Below, piece after piece: positions 34,311 to 47,126 of a stretch of DNA of 64,000 nucleotides (positions are counted from its first letter, which is position 1; each line of letters opens with the position of its first letter). Position numbers and translations under genes: made by a program. The notes beneath the pieces were generated by a model. The model worked only from the letters and a program-made list of their open reading frames with translations. It searched no databases and was not told where the DNA came from. Source of the stretch: Squalus acanthias. Taxonomy: Eukaryota. The DNA lies in contig CM059431.1 in NCBI GenBank assembly GCA_030390025.1, positions 97,466,001-97,530,000 on the forward strand, read 5' to 3'.

Positions 34311-35096
34311 TCTTTACCAATCGCTTAAAACGGTTGTATCTTCCTAGCTGATTCAATCCCCGTGCATCCTTCCAATTTCCACTAAGGATTAAGTTGGGCA
34401 TCCCTAGCCAGGTTTGCCGGGGTACCTTGGACTTTACGAGGATGTGTATATCTTCCGGGTGAAGTGAGTGTACATCTATCATCTCCTCGAACTTATTCCA
34501 AAAGTCGGTGTTTGCATGGTTTGTTTTAGGGGTCGGGAGGTCCCTCGTCATCATCTGTTTCTCGGCTGGGGTGAACGGGACATATCGTACTGTAGTCTGA
34601 GCCTGCCCATTCCCACTTGTCTAATCTCCGTCGTAATAGGGGCCATGGTCATTTCGCCCTTCGTCCTGGTTTCGGGCAGTAGCGGGGCCGATGGTCCCAC
34701 TGCGTCATATTTAGGTGGGGGCTCCCAACCCCCGTCATCATCCTGTCTGTCATAATCTGCGGCTTCCTTCTCTAATTCTCCCCAGTCAACGTCGTCATTA
34801 TCGTCTGTCGCTCTAAACCTTGGTCCCAGTGCCCACACCGCACTGACCTTAACCTTTTCCTTTTCTATATAACTTTGTCCATGTTCACTGAGTCCTAAGT
34901 ATCTACTAATAATTATAAGTATTCCCTTCTCTTCGTTACCCTTATACTGGGCGCCCCACCATTCCCTTTGCCTGTCCAGACTATCGTTCGGACTCCAGCC
35001 TTTCTTTTTCATTTTCTCGATTAGTTTGTTATTTTTTCCTGCTATAAATTTGGTTATGGACCCTTCCGGTCCCCAATCTTCCCCTCCTGTGGCCAT
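34311..35096 (-). pseudogene. gag: gag N-terminal half of element B
   Basis: First ORF after the PBS and leader; contains PPKY and PSAP; fused by deletion to RNase H. Confidence 0.75.
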
Positions 35097-35346
35097 TTTT
35101 TTTTATTCCTCTGGCCTGCGCAAACGGTAACTCGGACCTTCCTGCTACAACGCGGTTCTGGTTACCTACGGCGGCTCGCGGTTCTACTGCGCAGAGATCA
35201 CTCCAGTACCCGCTAGTCTCCTGTTCTGATTCCCTACAGTCTCACGTCCAGCCTTCTGGGATTCCACACCTAACTATGGGTGGTAATATAAAGTACTCAC
35301 CCGACCTGCGGTCCCATTATGATTGGTCGTTCGACTGCGTCCTTGG

Positions 35347-35365
35347 AATCCTGACGACTTCGCCA
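35347..35365 (-). promoter_or_regulatory. Primer-binding site of element B, tRNA-Ser-like
   Basis: TGGCGAAGTCGTCAGGATT versus the complement of the vertebrate tRNA-Ser 3' end as I recall it, TGGCGTAGTCGGCAGGATT (17/19); 3 nt from the LTR. Confidence 0.85.
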
Positions 35366-35368
35366 AGT

Positions 35369-35858
35369 TGTTGTTGGATTTCTCTCTGCCCAAAGCAGAT
35401 GGAGACGAGCGTGTACTGGTTCCAAGCAATCTTTATTCAAGCTCGTGCAGGGAGAGGCCCTCTCAGTCTGAGCTGAGACGGGAGTCTAATTTTTACATTC
35501 GAGCAGTTGGCTTATATACAATCTTACATCTTGTTTCCTTCACATCTTCGGGACTTGGCCAATTAATTGTCCAAGTCACGTACACTTAATCACATCTCCA
35601 CAAAACACATCTTGTTTATCTCATTTGCCCTGTTTCCACATCTGCCATTGTTCTATCCAATTTACGTACACTTAACCTCATCTTCGCACATCACATCTTG
35701 GCGGCCCATTGTTCAATGTATGGCCTCTTTGCCTTCTTTTACTCCCCCAATCATCGTGTAATATGCTTTTACCAACAGTCTTTGTTCTGCCAGACTTCTC
35801 CTTTATTACATCAGCCAACTCGTCAGTTAAGCCGCTAATCTAACTTTTAACCCCTTCA
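35369..35858 (-). repeat. 5' LTR of element B
   Basis: TGAAGG...ACAACA on minus, AATAAA present, duplicated at 28456-29678. Confidence 0.95.
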
Positions 35859-37184
35859 CTTGTGCCTTGTAGATGGTGGAAAGGCTTTGGGGAGTCAGGA
35901 GGTGAGACACTCGCCGCAGAATACCCAGCCTCTGACCTGCTCTTGTTGCCATAGTATTTATGTGGCTGATTCAGTTAAGTTTCTGGTCAATGGTGACCCC
36001 CAGGATGTGGATGGTGGGGTATTCGGCGATGGTAATAGTGTTGAATGTCAAGGGGCGGTGGTTAGACTCTCACTTGTTGGAGACAGTCATTGCCTGGCAC
36101 TTGTGTGGCGCGAATGTTACCTGCCACTTATCAGCCCAAGCCTGAATGTCGCCCAGGTCTTGTTGCATGCAGGCATGGACTGCTTCATTATCTGAGGAGT
36201 TGTGAATGGCGCTGAACACTGTGCAGTCATCAGCGAACATCCCCATTTCTGACCTTATGTTGGAGGGAAGGTCATTGATGAAGCAGCTGAAGATGGTTGG
36301 GCCTAGGACACTGCCCTGAGGAACTCCTGCAGCGATGTCCAGGGGCTGTGATGATTGACCTTCAACCACTACAACCATCTTCCTTTGTGCTAGGTATGAC
36401 TCCAGCCAGTGGAGCGTTTTCCCCCCGATTCCCATTGACTTCAGTTTTACTAGGGCTCCTTCATGCCACACTCAGTCAAATGCTGCCTTGATGTCAAGGG
36501 CAGTCACTCTCACCTCACCTCTGGAATTCAGCTCCTTTGTCCATGTTTGGACCAAGGCTGTAATGAGGTCGGGAGGTTGGCGGAACCCAAACTGGGCATC
36601 ACTGAGCAGGTTATTGGTGAGTAAGTGCTGCTTGATAGCAGTGTCGATGACACCTTCCATCACTTTGCTGATGATTGAGAGTAGACTGATGGGGCGGTAA
36701 TTGGCCAGGTTGGATTTGTCCTGCTTTTTGTGGACAGGACATACCTGGGCAGTTTTCCACATTGTCGGATAGATGTCAGTGTTGTAGCTGTACTGGAACA
36801 GCTTGGCTAGAGGCGTGGCTAGTTCTGGAGCACAAGTCTTCAGCACGACAGCCGGGATGTTGTTGGGACCCATAGCCTTTGCTGTATCCAGTGTGCTCAG
36901 CCGTTTCTTGATATCACGCTATAGTGCTTGTGGTGTGTTGTGTGCAGGCAATGTTGTTGCTTATGGGGTGTTAAAATCCCCATCCTCATCTACACCTTCC
37001 CCCCAGCTCATGTCTTCACACAACTTTATCTCTGCAACCGCCCCAGGCTGTGTATCCTCTCCCATGCCCATCAGTCTTCTGACACTGGCCTTTTGTGCAT
37101 TCCCCTCCTCCCTTCGTCTCAACATTGAGGGGACTTTCAAAGAGAGAAGTAAGAAGGTGGAGGGGTTGAGGGTCAAAGTTCCAA

Positions 37185-37625
37185 AAGGTAAAGCCAATTG
37201 GATTCATCGCTCTGCCACTGATGGTGAAGGGAGGGATTAACAGGAGACCAGTGTCGGGAGCAAAGTGAGCAGATCAAGGTTAGCGAGGTAGGGAACTGTC
37301 GGAGTTGTAAACAAGGAGGAGGATTTTGAATTTGGTGCATTGGGTAACAGGGGGTTAGCAAGGACAGGGATGATGGGCAAGTGGGATTTAGTGCAAGATG
37401 GAATGTGGGCAACAGAGTTTTGAATGAGTTGGGAGTTTCGGAAGGACGAAGCCAGCAAGGAGCGTTTTGGAAAAACAGTAAGTATAAGAAATATGGACAG
37501 GAGGCTCTGTGGTGGTGGAGAAAGGTCAGACTGGAAGTGGGTGATGTAGAGGTGGAAGGAGGCAGCCTTGGTGTTGGAACGTTTGTGGCGTTTGAAGTTG
37601 GAAGTTAAGTAGGACATTGAGGTTG
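37185..37625 (-). mobile_element. L2 LINE ORF2 C-terminal fragment
   Basis: QLIQNSVAHI..CTKSHLPIIPVLA motif. Confidence 0.7.
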
Positions 37626-38354
37626 TGTTCGACCTATCTTGCCCCCTGTGAGTACAAGTCCATCGGCTCTACAACATGTAGCTGACTGTTAGTGGCTTAT
37701 ATAAGTCTTTGTCCTTTACAATCCCGGGCAGCTGAGTGTTTAGCTGAGTCACCAATTCCCACTGCTACAGCCTCAGCCGGAAGAGCACTTTCACAGCATG
37801 CATATGAGTTAGCTGGGCCTCAACATGCACAAGGGCTACTTTAAAGCACAGTCGGAAATCTAGCTGAGTAACACCCCATAAACAACAACATTGCCTGCAC
37901 TCCACACACCACAAGCACTGACGAGAATCACTTAACATATATGTTGCAGTCTATCATTCTCAAAATGTGCCATGAAAGATCATTCTTGACCCTGAATGCG
38001 TCTTGAAGTGAACACAGGGAATAATTTAATCTGGAGTGCATTCTGAGAAAGGACCCATTGCTGCCAGGTTTCCACCCCATGATGACTGCACTGTGGTCTC
38101 CATGGCGATATGGGACTTGCTGATGCTGCCAGGAGCTCTTTATAATATGCTAAAGTGAGGAGAATCCCATTGGTGAGCCCAGAACACATTGCCCCAAGGG
38201 TAAGTAAAGAGTTAAAAGACATGTGGCTAATGCCAGTGGAGGTGTTTTGGAGCCAAGAGCCTGATGAGACCTGGAGGTTCCCAATGGGCATTCCATACTG
38301 GAGGAGAAAGGAAAGAGAAAGTCTTGGATTTCTCCAGCACCTTTCCCCATCACC

Positions 38355-38767
38355 GGTCATCCCAAAGCGCTTTACAGCCAATGAAGCACTTTTTTTGACA
38401 TGTAGTCACTGTTGTAATGTAGGAAATGCGCACAGCAAGCTCCCACAAACAGCAATGTGATAATGACTGGATAATATGTTTTAGTGATGCTGACTGAGGG
38501 ATAAATATTGGCCCAGCGCACCGGGGATAACTCCCCTGCTCTTCTTCAAAATAGTGCCGTGAGATCTTTTACGTCCACTTGAAAGAGCAGACGAGGCCTC
38601 AGTTTAACATCTCATCCGAAAGACGGCACCTCCGACAGTGCAGCGCTCCCTCAGCACTGCACTGGAGTGTCAGCCTAGATTTATGTGCTCAAGTCTCTGG
38701 AGTGGGACTGAACCCACAGCCTTCTGACTCAGAGGTGAGAGTGCAACCCACTGAACCTCGGCTGACA
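38355..38767 (-). mobile_element. SacSINE1-like DeuSINE with tRNA head
   Basis: Reverse complement of the 20856 family plus head GTCAGCCGAGGTTCAGTGGGT...GAGTCAGAAGG. Confidence 0.82.
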
Positions 38768-38769
38768 CA

Positions 38770-39025
38770 TAAGAAAAGGACGAGGAGGAGGGAAGGAGAG
38801 TGAGGCAACATTTGAGGAGGATGTGCCCTATAATATATCAACCCTATTTCAAGGAATGTACAGGCTACACAGATCTTGAGAAGAGTTCTGTGTGGGAAGA
38901 GCGTGCTTCACCAAAGAGGCTATAGGAGAGCTGTGCCAACTTCTGCATGAAGACCTGCTGCCAAAGATATCTGCCCAGGCAGATCTGCCTCATTTTAGGC
39001 AGCCACAGGGGATCTGTGTAATAAT
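38770..39025 (+). pseudogene. Harbinger (HARBI1-like) transposase N-terminal remnant
   Basis: Arg-rich start, FTKEAIGELCQLLHEDLLP, and QAATGDLCN in another frame, resembling the Harbinger helix-turn-helix region. Confidence 0.6.
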
Positions 39026-39055
39026 ACCCAGACATAACTCATCAGGTCATCTTTC

Positions 39056-39420
39056 AACAACAACAACAACTTGTATTTATATAGCGCCTTTAACGTAGTA
39101 AAACGTCCCAAGGTGCTTCACGGGAGTGTTATAAGACAAGAAATTTGACACCAAGCCATATAAGGAGAAATTAGGGCAGGTGACCAAAAGCTTGGTCAAA
39201 GAGGTCGGTTTTAAGGAGCGTTTTAAAGGAGGAAAAAGAGGAGAGAGAGGCGGAGGGGTTTAGGGAGGGAATTCCAGAGCTTAGGGCCCAGGCAACTGAA
39301 GGCACGGCCACCAATGGTGGAGCGATTATAATCAGGGATCCTCAAGAGGACAGAATTAGAGGAGCACAGATATCTCGGAGGGTTGTGGGGCTGGAGGAGA
39401 TTAAAGAGATAGGAAGGGGA
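39056..39420 (-). mobile_element. L2 LINE 3' end
   Basis: (CAA)n tail and TTTATATAGCGCCTTTAACGTAGTAAAACGTCCC terminus. Confidence 0.8.
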
Positions 39421-39736
39421 GAGCAGGAGAGTGTATTCAGTTTGGCAGGCATGTCAGACAGTATGATAAAACCATTATATATGGGATGGCAAATTGGCTT
39501 TTGCCCGTGCTGGATTTCTTTTAACTTATGATAGTTCCATATAGCTAGGATCATCATATAAGGAGTTAAATGTGTCACACAAGGTTTCCTGGGGGGCTGT
39601 GAGAAATGGGAAGATCCCAAGGGTCAGTTAGCTGAATTAATGATAAACATCTCAGGCCATCAATAAAAATTCATTTTCCCCATTTAATGTTGGTGGAATA
39701 GTGAGTCCAGATTAATTAAATCAGGAAAGGTATATT

Positions 39737-40469
39737 GGGCCGGATATTCCGATCCCTATGGGTGGGTACGCGCTGTGTACTCACCCGTAGGGACATCGGA
39801 AATGCCGGTTTCAGGCATACACAGCGCATGCGCTGGAAACCGGCATTTCCGATCTGTCAAGAATGGTCTTGACAGATCCTCCGGCTGCCCTCTGCGGGCG
39901 GATAGTTCTGCTTTTTGGAGACCCTCCGCCCGCAGAAAACACTTACAATTCTTGCGCCTGGAAAATGCAGGCATGTAAGGCCTGCTTTTACCAGGATAAG
40001 AGTTGAAAAAAGTTTTTTTTAAATTTCCACTGATTTATCATTTAAAAAAAGGTAAGTTTATTTTTAGCCCCGTAAAAAGCTTTAATTATCTTTTTCAAAA
40101 ATTTAAAGTTTTGTTTAAAATAGTTAATTTATTTGTACTTTCAAGTCATTTTAAAAATGTGATGTTTTTTTAATGTATTTAAAGTTTTACTATGTTTTGG
40201 GGGTGATCTCCATTCATATGTTTGACAGGTCTTCCTATCAAATGTATGAAGGGAGATTCCCTTCTCTGATTGGCTCCCCATGGCCCACGTGATCCCAGGG
40301 ACGCTGCGAACTACCTGTGCCCCTGGGATACGTGGGCCCTGCACACTGGCAGTTTGGAGAGGCCCAGCACCGGAATTGTGCACCTCCCGGAAGCCCTCAG
40401 GTAAGGGCGCAGATTTTTCCAGATCGCAGCCCTCCGCCCGCGGAGGCCTGCGATCGGAATATCTGGGCC
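39737..40469. mobile_element. Harbinger-type MITE
   Basis: TIRs GGGCCGGATATTCCGATC / GATCGGAATATCTGGGCC with an ATT TSD; near-copy at 50349-51089. Confidence 0.9.
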
Positions 40470-40829
40470 ATTGTCGACATGGATTTCTAAGGGTAGGGAG
40501 TTTCTCTCTCTCGCACACTATACTGTGAATTTAGCAGATAGCATAACAAAGGCTGTCTCTATTTTAAAATTCTGAGGCAGCTTACCTGCCAAGGTTTAAG
40601 CTAAAGAAGGCCCATGTTTAGAGAGAAAGGATAAACTTATCATAACCAGAAGACTCCAAAAGCCCACAGCTGTTCCAGTTGCACCCACCCTAACCCGGGC
40701 CGGACTCTGCCAGGGCCCAGATACACTGACCGCCCAACCTCCCTCCCTATCCCCAGACCAGCTGATACTGTAAATGGTTCCCTCTCCTCAGTGGGACAGT
40801 TTCCCCTTCCTTTCAAAACATATGTCAAC

Positions 40830-41310
40830 ACCCCCTCCTCAAAAAACCCAGCCTCGACTCCATCCCATCTCCAACCTCACTTCCCTCTCCAAAGTCCTGG
40901 AACGTGCTGTTCCCTGTAAATCCGTGCCCATCTTTCCCGCAACATCAACAACCTCCCCAATCAGGTTGCCGTCCCTGCCGCAGCACTGAAACGGCCCTTA
41001 TCAAAGTCACAAATGACAGCCTATGTGACTGTGAGCGTGGTAAACTATCCCTCCTCATCCTTCCCGCCAGTCCACAGCCTTTGACACGGTTGACCACACC
41101 ATCCTCCTCCAATGCCTCTGTATTATTGTCCAGCTGGGTGGGACTGCCCTCACCTAGTACCATTCTTATCTATCCAGTTGTAGCCAGAGGATCACCTCCA
41201 ATGGCTTCTCTTTCCAACCCCACACCATTACCTCTAGAATCCCCCAAGGATCTATCCTCGGTCCCTCCTCTTCCTCATCTACATGCAGTCCCTCGCCGAC
41301 ATCATCCGAA
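40830..41310 (+). mobile_element. L2 LINE RT fragment
   Basis: QSGCRPCRSTETALIKVTND followed by AFDTVDH. Confidence 0.8.
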
Positions 41311-41349
41311 GATATGGAGAGCAGAGGGGTTTAGGGAGAGGATGTTAGC

Positions 41350-42372
41350 TTTTTTTTAATTCATTCCTGGGATGTGGGTGTCGCTGGCAAGACCAGCATT
41401 TATTGCCCATCCCTAATTGCCCTTGAGAAGGTGGTGGTGAGCTGCCTTCTTGAACTGCTGCAGTCCGTGTGGTGATGGTACTTCCACAGTGCTGTTAGGG
41501 AGGGAATTCCAGGATTTTGACCCAGCGACGATTAAGGAACGGCGATATACTTCCAAGTCAGGATTGTGTGTAATTTGGAGGTGGTGGTGTTTCCATGCGC
41601 CTGCTGCCCTTGTCCTTCTAGGTGGTAGAGGTCGCGAGTTTGGGAGGTGTTGCCGAAGAAGCCTTCGCGAGTTGTTGCAGTACATCTTGTAGATGGTGCA
41701 CACTGCAGCCACAGTGTGCTGGTGGTGGAGGGAGTGAATGTTTAAGGTGGTGGATGGGGTGCCAAACGGGCTGCTTTGTCCTGGATGGTGTCAAGCTTCT
41801 TGAGTGTTGTTGGAGCTGCACTCATCCACAAAATTATTCCATCACACTCCTTACTTGTGCCAAGGTAAGGCTTTGGGGAGTCAGAAGGTGAGACACTTGC
41901 TGCAGAATACAAGTCCCCAGATGTTGGTGAGGAGGGCTTTGTAGGGTCGACTGGGCTGGGTGTGCCATTGTCGTGTCCGTAGCCGGTGCCGAGGTTGATG
42001 CCGGATAGTCCGTCTAGTTTTATTCTTATTATTGTTTTCTCGTAGCGGTTTGGGTGGCTTGCTCGGCCATTTCAGAGAGCAGTTTAGAGTCAACCACATT
42101 GCTGTGGGTCTGGAGTTACATATAGGCCAGACCGGGTAAGGACGGCAGATTTCCTTCCCTAAAGGACATTAGGGAACCAGATGGGTTTTTACGACAATCT
42201 GATAGTTTCATGGTTACCATTACTGACACTAGCTTTTTATTCCAGATTTATTTAATTTAATTAACTGAATTTAAATTCCCCAGCTGCCGTGGCAGGATTT
42301 GAACTCACATCTCCCACGGATTATTAGTCCAGGCCTCTGGATTACTAGTACAGTAACATAACCACTATGCTG
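41350..42372 (-). mobile_element. Second-family LINE 3' fragments plus adjoining SINE-like repeat
   Basis: 41350-41910 matches 27930-28455; 42055-42372 matches 20270-20522. Confidence 0.78.
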
Positions 42373-43489
42373 CTGTTCCCCTTGATGCTTTCATTGGTAA
42401 CCAGCAACATCACTAGAGGTAGATGAGCCAGGTATATAAAGGACTAAGAAAGCGTACATACAGCAAGCGAACAGGAGTCAAGTGAATTGCCTACCTAATG
42501 CTTTGGTGAATGGAGGTGTTAAATGTCAAGGTTATTTTCAAGTTTGCATTACGTTATTGTTGGGAGCTGTACAAAGAGTAGGATGTAAGAACATATATAT
42601 ATGGTTTTCTACAAGGTTTGCTATACCATTGCTACAGAACACCATAGAATGCATCTATTAGGGGCACAATTAATATCAGGTTCCATGCTTCTTGTGTTAG
42701 TTTGTCACTGACTCACTGGCTTAGTATTGAACCCGAGCTGGCCGTGAGCCAGACATCTATGCTGAGAATTGCATGCATTTAGCTTGCCATAAAATCACTC
42801 AGGTATCAGATTCAACTTGTTTGCATTTTAACTTGAAAACAAAATAAAAACCGAATGATGTTATAAACCCGTGTGGATTTCACCAACTGATTTGACATCT
42901 TTTGCCCTTCGAACTGTCTCAGTCGTTTTTGTCCTCAGGCGCTGATATTCTGTTATTTTTGGCGCTCTGATCAATGTATTTGCACCATACTCCTGCCATT
43001 CTATCTTAACAAGGCCGTTGACCCATTTGTTCTGGTTAATAACTCTGATAAAACAGCACACACAGCAACTTGACATGACTGCATTACAAGTGGATTAAAA
43101 ACAGAGAGAGAGGGATTTCAGTTGCGATCTCTGCCCAGAGTGTGCACCATTCCCTGGCTTCTACCACACGTGTCCTCCATCTGTTTGCTCAGAGCTACAG
43201 GAAAGTAGTACAAGATGTCCTGGCCCTACGACCCTGCACCCCCTCCCCAGGGATAGACTAGCTCCCCTGTAATGACGCAGATTTTCAAAGATAAAGGGGG
43301 GGGCATCGATAATACAGCGCTCAGAAACCTCCACGGAGACACTCTTCCAATTTCTCAAATGACCAGTCCATCCTGACCCTCACTGTTTTGGCAAAACATT
43401 TTGCCTCTGCTCCGTGTCTACCTCTGACGGCACCAAGGAGACTGTGACCACTGCACAATATGTTACTTCTTCCCATGAATAGTGCCACT

Positions 43490-43960
43490 AACTTAGGAAC
43501 ACAGGAACAGGAGGAGGCCCTTCAGCCCCTCAAGCCTGTTCCGCCATTCACTGAGATCATGGCTGATCTGTATCTTAACTCCAGCCACCCACCTTGTTTC
43601 CGTAACCCTTACCACCCTTACCCAACAAAAATCTATCGACCTCACTCGAGATTTTCAGTTGATTCCCAGCCTCAACAGCTTTATGGGGGAGAGAGTTCCA
43701 AATTTCCACTGCCCTCTGAGTGAAGAAGTGCTTCCTGACATCACCCCTGAACGGCCCTGGCTCTAATTTTAAGGTTATGCCCCCTTGTTCTGGACTCCCC
43801 CCACCAGAGGAAATAGTTTCTCTCTCTCTCCCCCATCAACTCCTTTAATCATCTTAAACACCTCGATCAGATCACCCCTTAATCTTCTACACTCGAGGGA
43901 ATACAAGCCCAGTCTGTGCAACCTGTCCTCGGAATTTAACCCTTTTAGCCCCAGTATCAT
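43490..43960 (-). mobile_element. CR1 3' fragment
   Basis: LGLYSLECRRLRGDLIEVFK plus the 3' tail. Confidence 0.85.
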
Positions 43961-44411
43961 ACTGTCAACTAATCCAGGTATCAATTAACCCAGAGAAAGG
44001 GCAGCTTTCCCTGTGTGTCACCCACCAGAGCTCCATATTTATATCCACAGAAAGTATGGAGCCTTTCACAATAGGAAATGGAATCTGCCATGCACAGAGA
44101 CCCCTGTAAATAATACATCTACACTAATGAATCGAGTAATTGAGCCACATACAAGTCTATATCACACAGCTCTGTAACAAGAGCCCATAGGAAGGGTCAC
44201 AATGAGGTTACCTTCTTGTGGGCGAGCATGACATGCTGTCAGACCAGGAGAGGGTCAGCCACTTACCTTAGGGGTAAGGATGGAGAAGTTGTTTGCATTT
44301 CCCACTATTTCAAAGCAAAGCCGTGTCCACCGCTGCCAGGTTTCCCCAGAGCTCAATGACTTCCACCTGGAGACCTGAGGGGAGCAGCATGGCCGAGGTA
44401 CAGAGTCTTAC

Positions 44412-44755
44412 TTCACAGAATCAGAGAATCTCACAGCACAGAAGGAGGCCATTCGGCCCATCGTGCCTGTGCCGGCTCTTTGAACGATCTCTCCAATAAG
44501 TCCCACTCCCCCTGCTCTTTCCCCACAGCCCGGCAAATTTCTCCCCTTCAACTGAATCTGCTTCCACCGCCCTTTCAGGCAGCGCATTCCAGATCACAAC
44601 AACTCGCTGAGTAAAAAATATCTCCTCATCTCCCCTCTGGCTCTTTTGCTAATCATCTTCAATCTGTGTCCTCTGGTTACCCACCCTCCTGCCACTGGAA
44701 ACAGTTTCTCTTTAGTTACTCTATCGAAACCCCTCATAATTTTGAACTCCTCTAA
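44412..44755 (-). mobile_element. CR1 3' fragment
   Basis: ACAGCACAGAAGGAGGCCATTCGGCCCATCG tail. Confidence 0.8.
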
Positions 44756-45744
44756 AACGCTTCATTAAAAAAAAACTAAATAAAAAATAACTCAGAGATT
44801 TTTATCAAAACACAGGCTCAAAGAACTATTCCCTCTGTGACCATGTCTAAGGTTTCAGGAAACAGAGGGGGCAGATTCTGCTTTTAGATTTTCCCATTCC
44901 ATCCCTCACAGAAGTACAGTTACTTTTTTCGCCATCAACAAATTATGAACGGCTGAATCATTTTATTGGTAAGTGGAATTAGTTCATGTGGACTCTCGCA
45001 TACGCTAAACATTCTGAGATTGAGTCAGCCCGACAGTAACCCCGGAGCAATGACAAATATTTGATTCTTTCGCTTTCCTGCCTTCTTGCTGGTGGTGAGG
45101 TGACATCCCATCGCCCTTGTGTCCTGTTGTGTAACCTTCGGCCCGCGGAGCACACACAGAACTCGGAGCCCAGTGACAGCAGCCTACTCCCATCCTCAAT
45201 CTACATAATCACCTGTCACACTGTCAAACCAATCGCTGACTTTTTCCACCCCATTTCAGTAAAATGATCAAAACACCATAAGAAACCTCTTTCTCTGTGA
45301 TGGGAAAAGAAATCACGGCTGAAAATTTAAAATTCACACTTTATCCGCACACTTCTGTAAACTAACAAGCAAATTACACCTGGAATGACCTCAGCACCAG
45401 AGTAATGATTTCTGTAGCATGGGGGAGGGGGGGGGGGGATTATCACACGCTTCTCTGTATTTTGAATAAACATTATTAAACACAGCTTTTGCACAAAATC
45501 CTTCCCTTGGCCGCCTTAGCTCGGCAGCAGTGCCCCAGATCCGGAATACGATCAGCATATGTTGGCCGAGCCATTGTTTTACACTGACCTGTATAATAAG
45601 TGTCACATCCGCAACATTACACAGCAAACCTCTGCTAATGCCGCTCTCTCCCATACAGCTGCTCATGTGCTCGCGTCACTAGAGTTTATTTAATACGATA
45701 AGTAACAATGAATGTGTTTCTGATATTTAAAAAATCGATAGCTG

Positions 45745-45900
45745 ATTGAAAATGGATAAATACTTTTGAGGGGGGAGAATTTGGCAGGGCTCTGGGGAAA
45801 GAGCAGGAGAGTGGGGCTAATTGGATAAATCTACCAAAGCGCCAGCACAGGCACGATGGGCCGAATGGCCTCCTTCTGTGCTGTGTCATTCTATGATTTA
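45745..45900 (+). mobile_element. CR1 3' tail
   Basis: GATGGGCCGAATGGCCTCCTTCTGTGCTG...ATTCTATGATT. Confidence 0.8.
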
Positions 45901-46154
45901 GTGTTTAGTTCACATCTTTACCTGAGTTAAATCTATCTGTCGGTGGAAAGGCACAGCAGAAAGATTTATTAAACCGTATTTATGTGTTCGGATTATAAAC
46001 TTTAAATAAAAATCAAACTTTACCGAACGTAGAAAATGGTTCCGCGTGAATAAGCAGGAGCTGACACTGAATCCACCCAGTTGGGACAAAGCCCCCTGTC
46101 CTGCTCCATCAGCCCACCCACTGCAGCGCCCCAAAGGCAGCAACATGGCCCGCC

Positions 46155-46170
46155 GCTGCCATCTGCTGGC
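46155..46170 (-). promoter_or_regulatory. CTCF-like motif
   Basis: Minus strand GCCAGCAGATGGCAGC matches the CTCF core, within a GC-rich non-repeat patch. Confidence 0.4.
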
Positions 46171-46626
46171 TGCAGCGTGCAGTGGAGACAGGACTGGGCC
46201 AGGCTGGCCGAGGGCATGTTCCTGGCAGCTTATTCCAAACCTGCTTCTGTATTTCCACATTTACTGCGTCACATAATTCCATTCTGATTTTAATCGGAAT
46301 TGGCATGCTGGCATTTTCGGTTTTTGACAGTGTCCCGAAGGAATCAAATAATAGTCTGTGTAATCAGTGCTCACCTCAGGGACAGACAGTGCCCTGTGTG
46401 TAAGGTTCAGGAAACTGCCGCTTATTGTCAGAAACACTGAGGGAGAGACCCTGAAAACCAGGATAATACAAAATGTACAAGGCGGCTCATGAGAATCAGA
46501 GAAGGCTGCCAGTTTCCAGAGCAGAGAAAGCAATAATACAATGAATATAATTGACTGGACTGCTTCCTTGTGGAATAGGCAAGAAGAGACAGCACAAGTT
46601 GGGAAAGGGTTTCTGTCCTTTAGAGT

Positions 46627-47126
46627 GAGGCAAAAATTGGGCGCTACCTTCGCTGGGGCGCTAAAATTAGCGAAAAAGTTAGCACCCCCGCGGCCGATTT
46701 TCCCAGGTAGCGCCCCGAGAGCTGGGCCACCAGGGATCGGGAGTGCCGGCAAACGAGTCCGGCACTCAAGAGGAGTGCCGGCTCACGGACCCCGCGGGGG
46801 GGGCAACGGGGGCAGGTGCTGGCAGGCGGCCAGCAACAAAAATGGCCGCCCGCCACCTCCCCTTTTACTAGCGCCGCCCCGGCCGCAGGTAGGCCCCCTG
46901 CCCCCAGCGGACATAGCGTCCGGCGGTAAGTCGGGGAGCGACACCCAATATTACAGCCAGGGCGCGAACGGGGCACTGCGAGCGCCGCACGGCACTAACG
47001 GTTAGCGCCACCGCTAACCCGCTAAATTCCACGGGAGGCGTTAGCGGCGCTACGCCCAGGCGCTAGTTGATTTACACCCCGTTATAGGGCGCTAACAGGA
47101 GGTGCAAATCAACCGAGTTTAGCCCC
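46627..47126. mobile_element. Harbinger-type MITE related (reversed) to 28700-29428
   Basis: The right end reverse-complements to GGGGCTAAACTCGGTTGATTTGCACC, similar to the 28700 start. Shared internal CAGCAACAAAAATGGCCGCCCG. Confidence 0.75.

Larger units (their letters stand above)
28456..35858 (-). mobile_element. Endogenous retrovirus-like element B with complete ends, internally deleted (no protease or RT)
   Basis: Two roughly 490-bp LTRs with TG...CA termini, CTTG TSD at 28452-28455 and 35859-35862, PBS, PPT, and gag, RNase H, integrase and env remnants. Confidence 0.95.
27930..36917 (-). mobile_element. CR1/L2-group LINE (second family), 3' part, split by element B into 27930-28455 and 35859-36917
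   Basis: [32 protein letters not shown]. The flanks rejoin as CCTGACTTGTGCCTTG. Confidence 0.88.
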
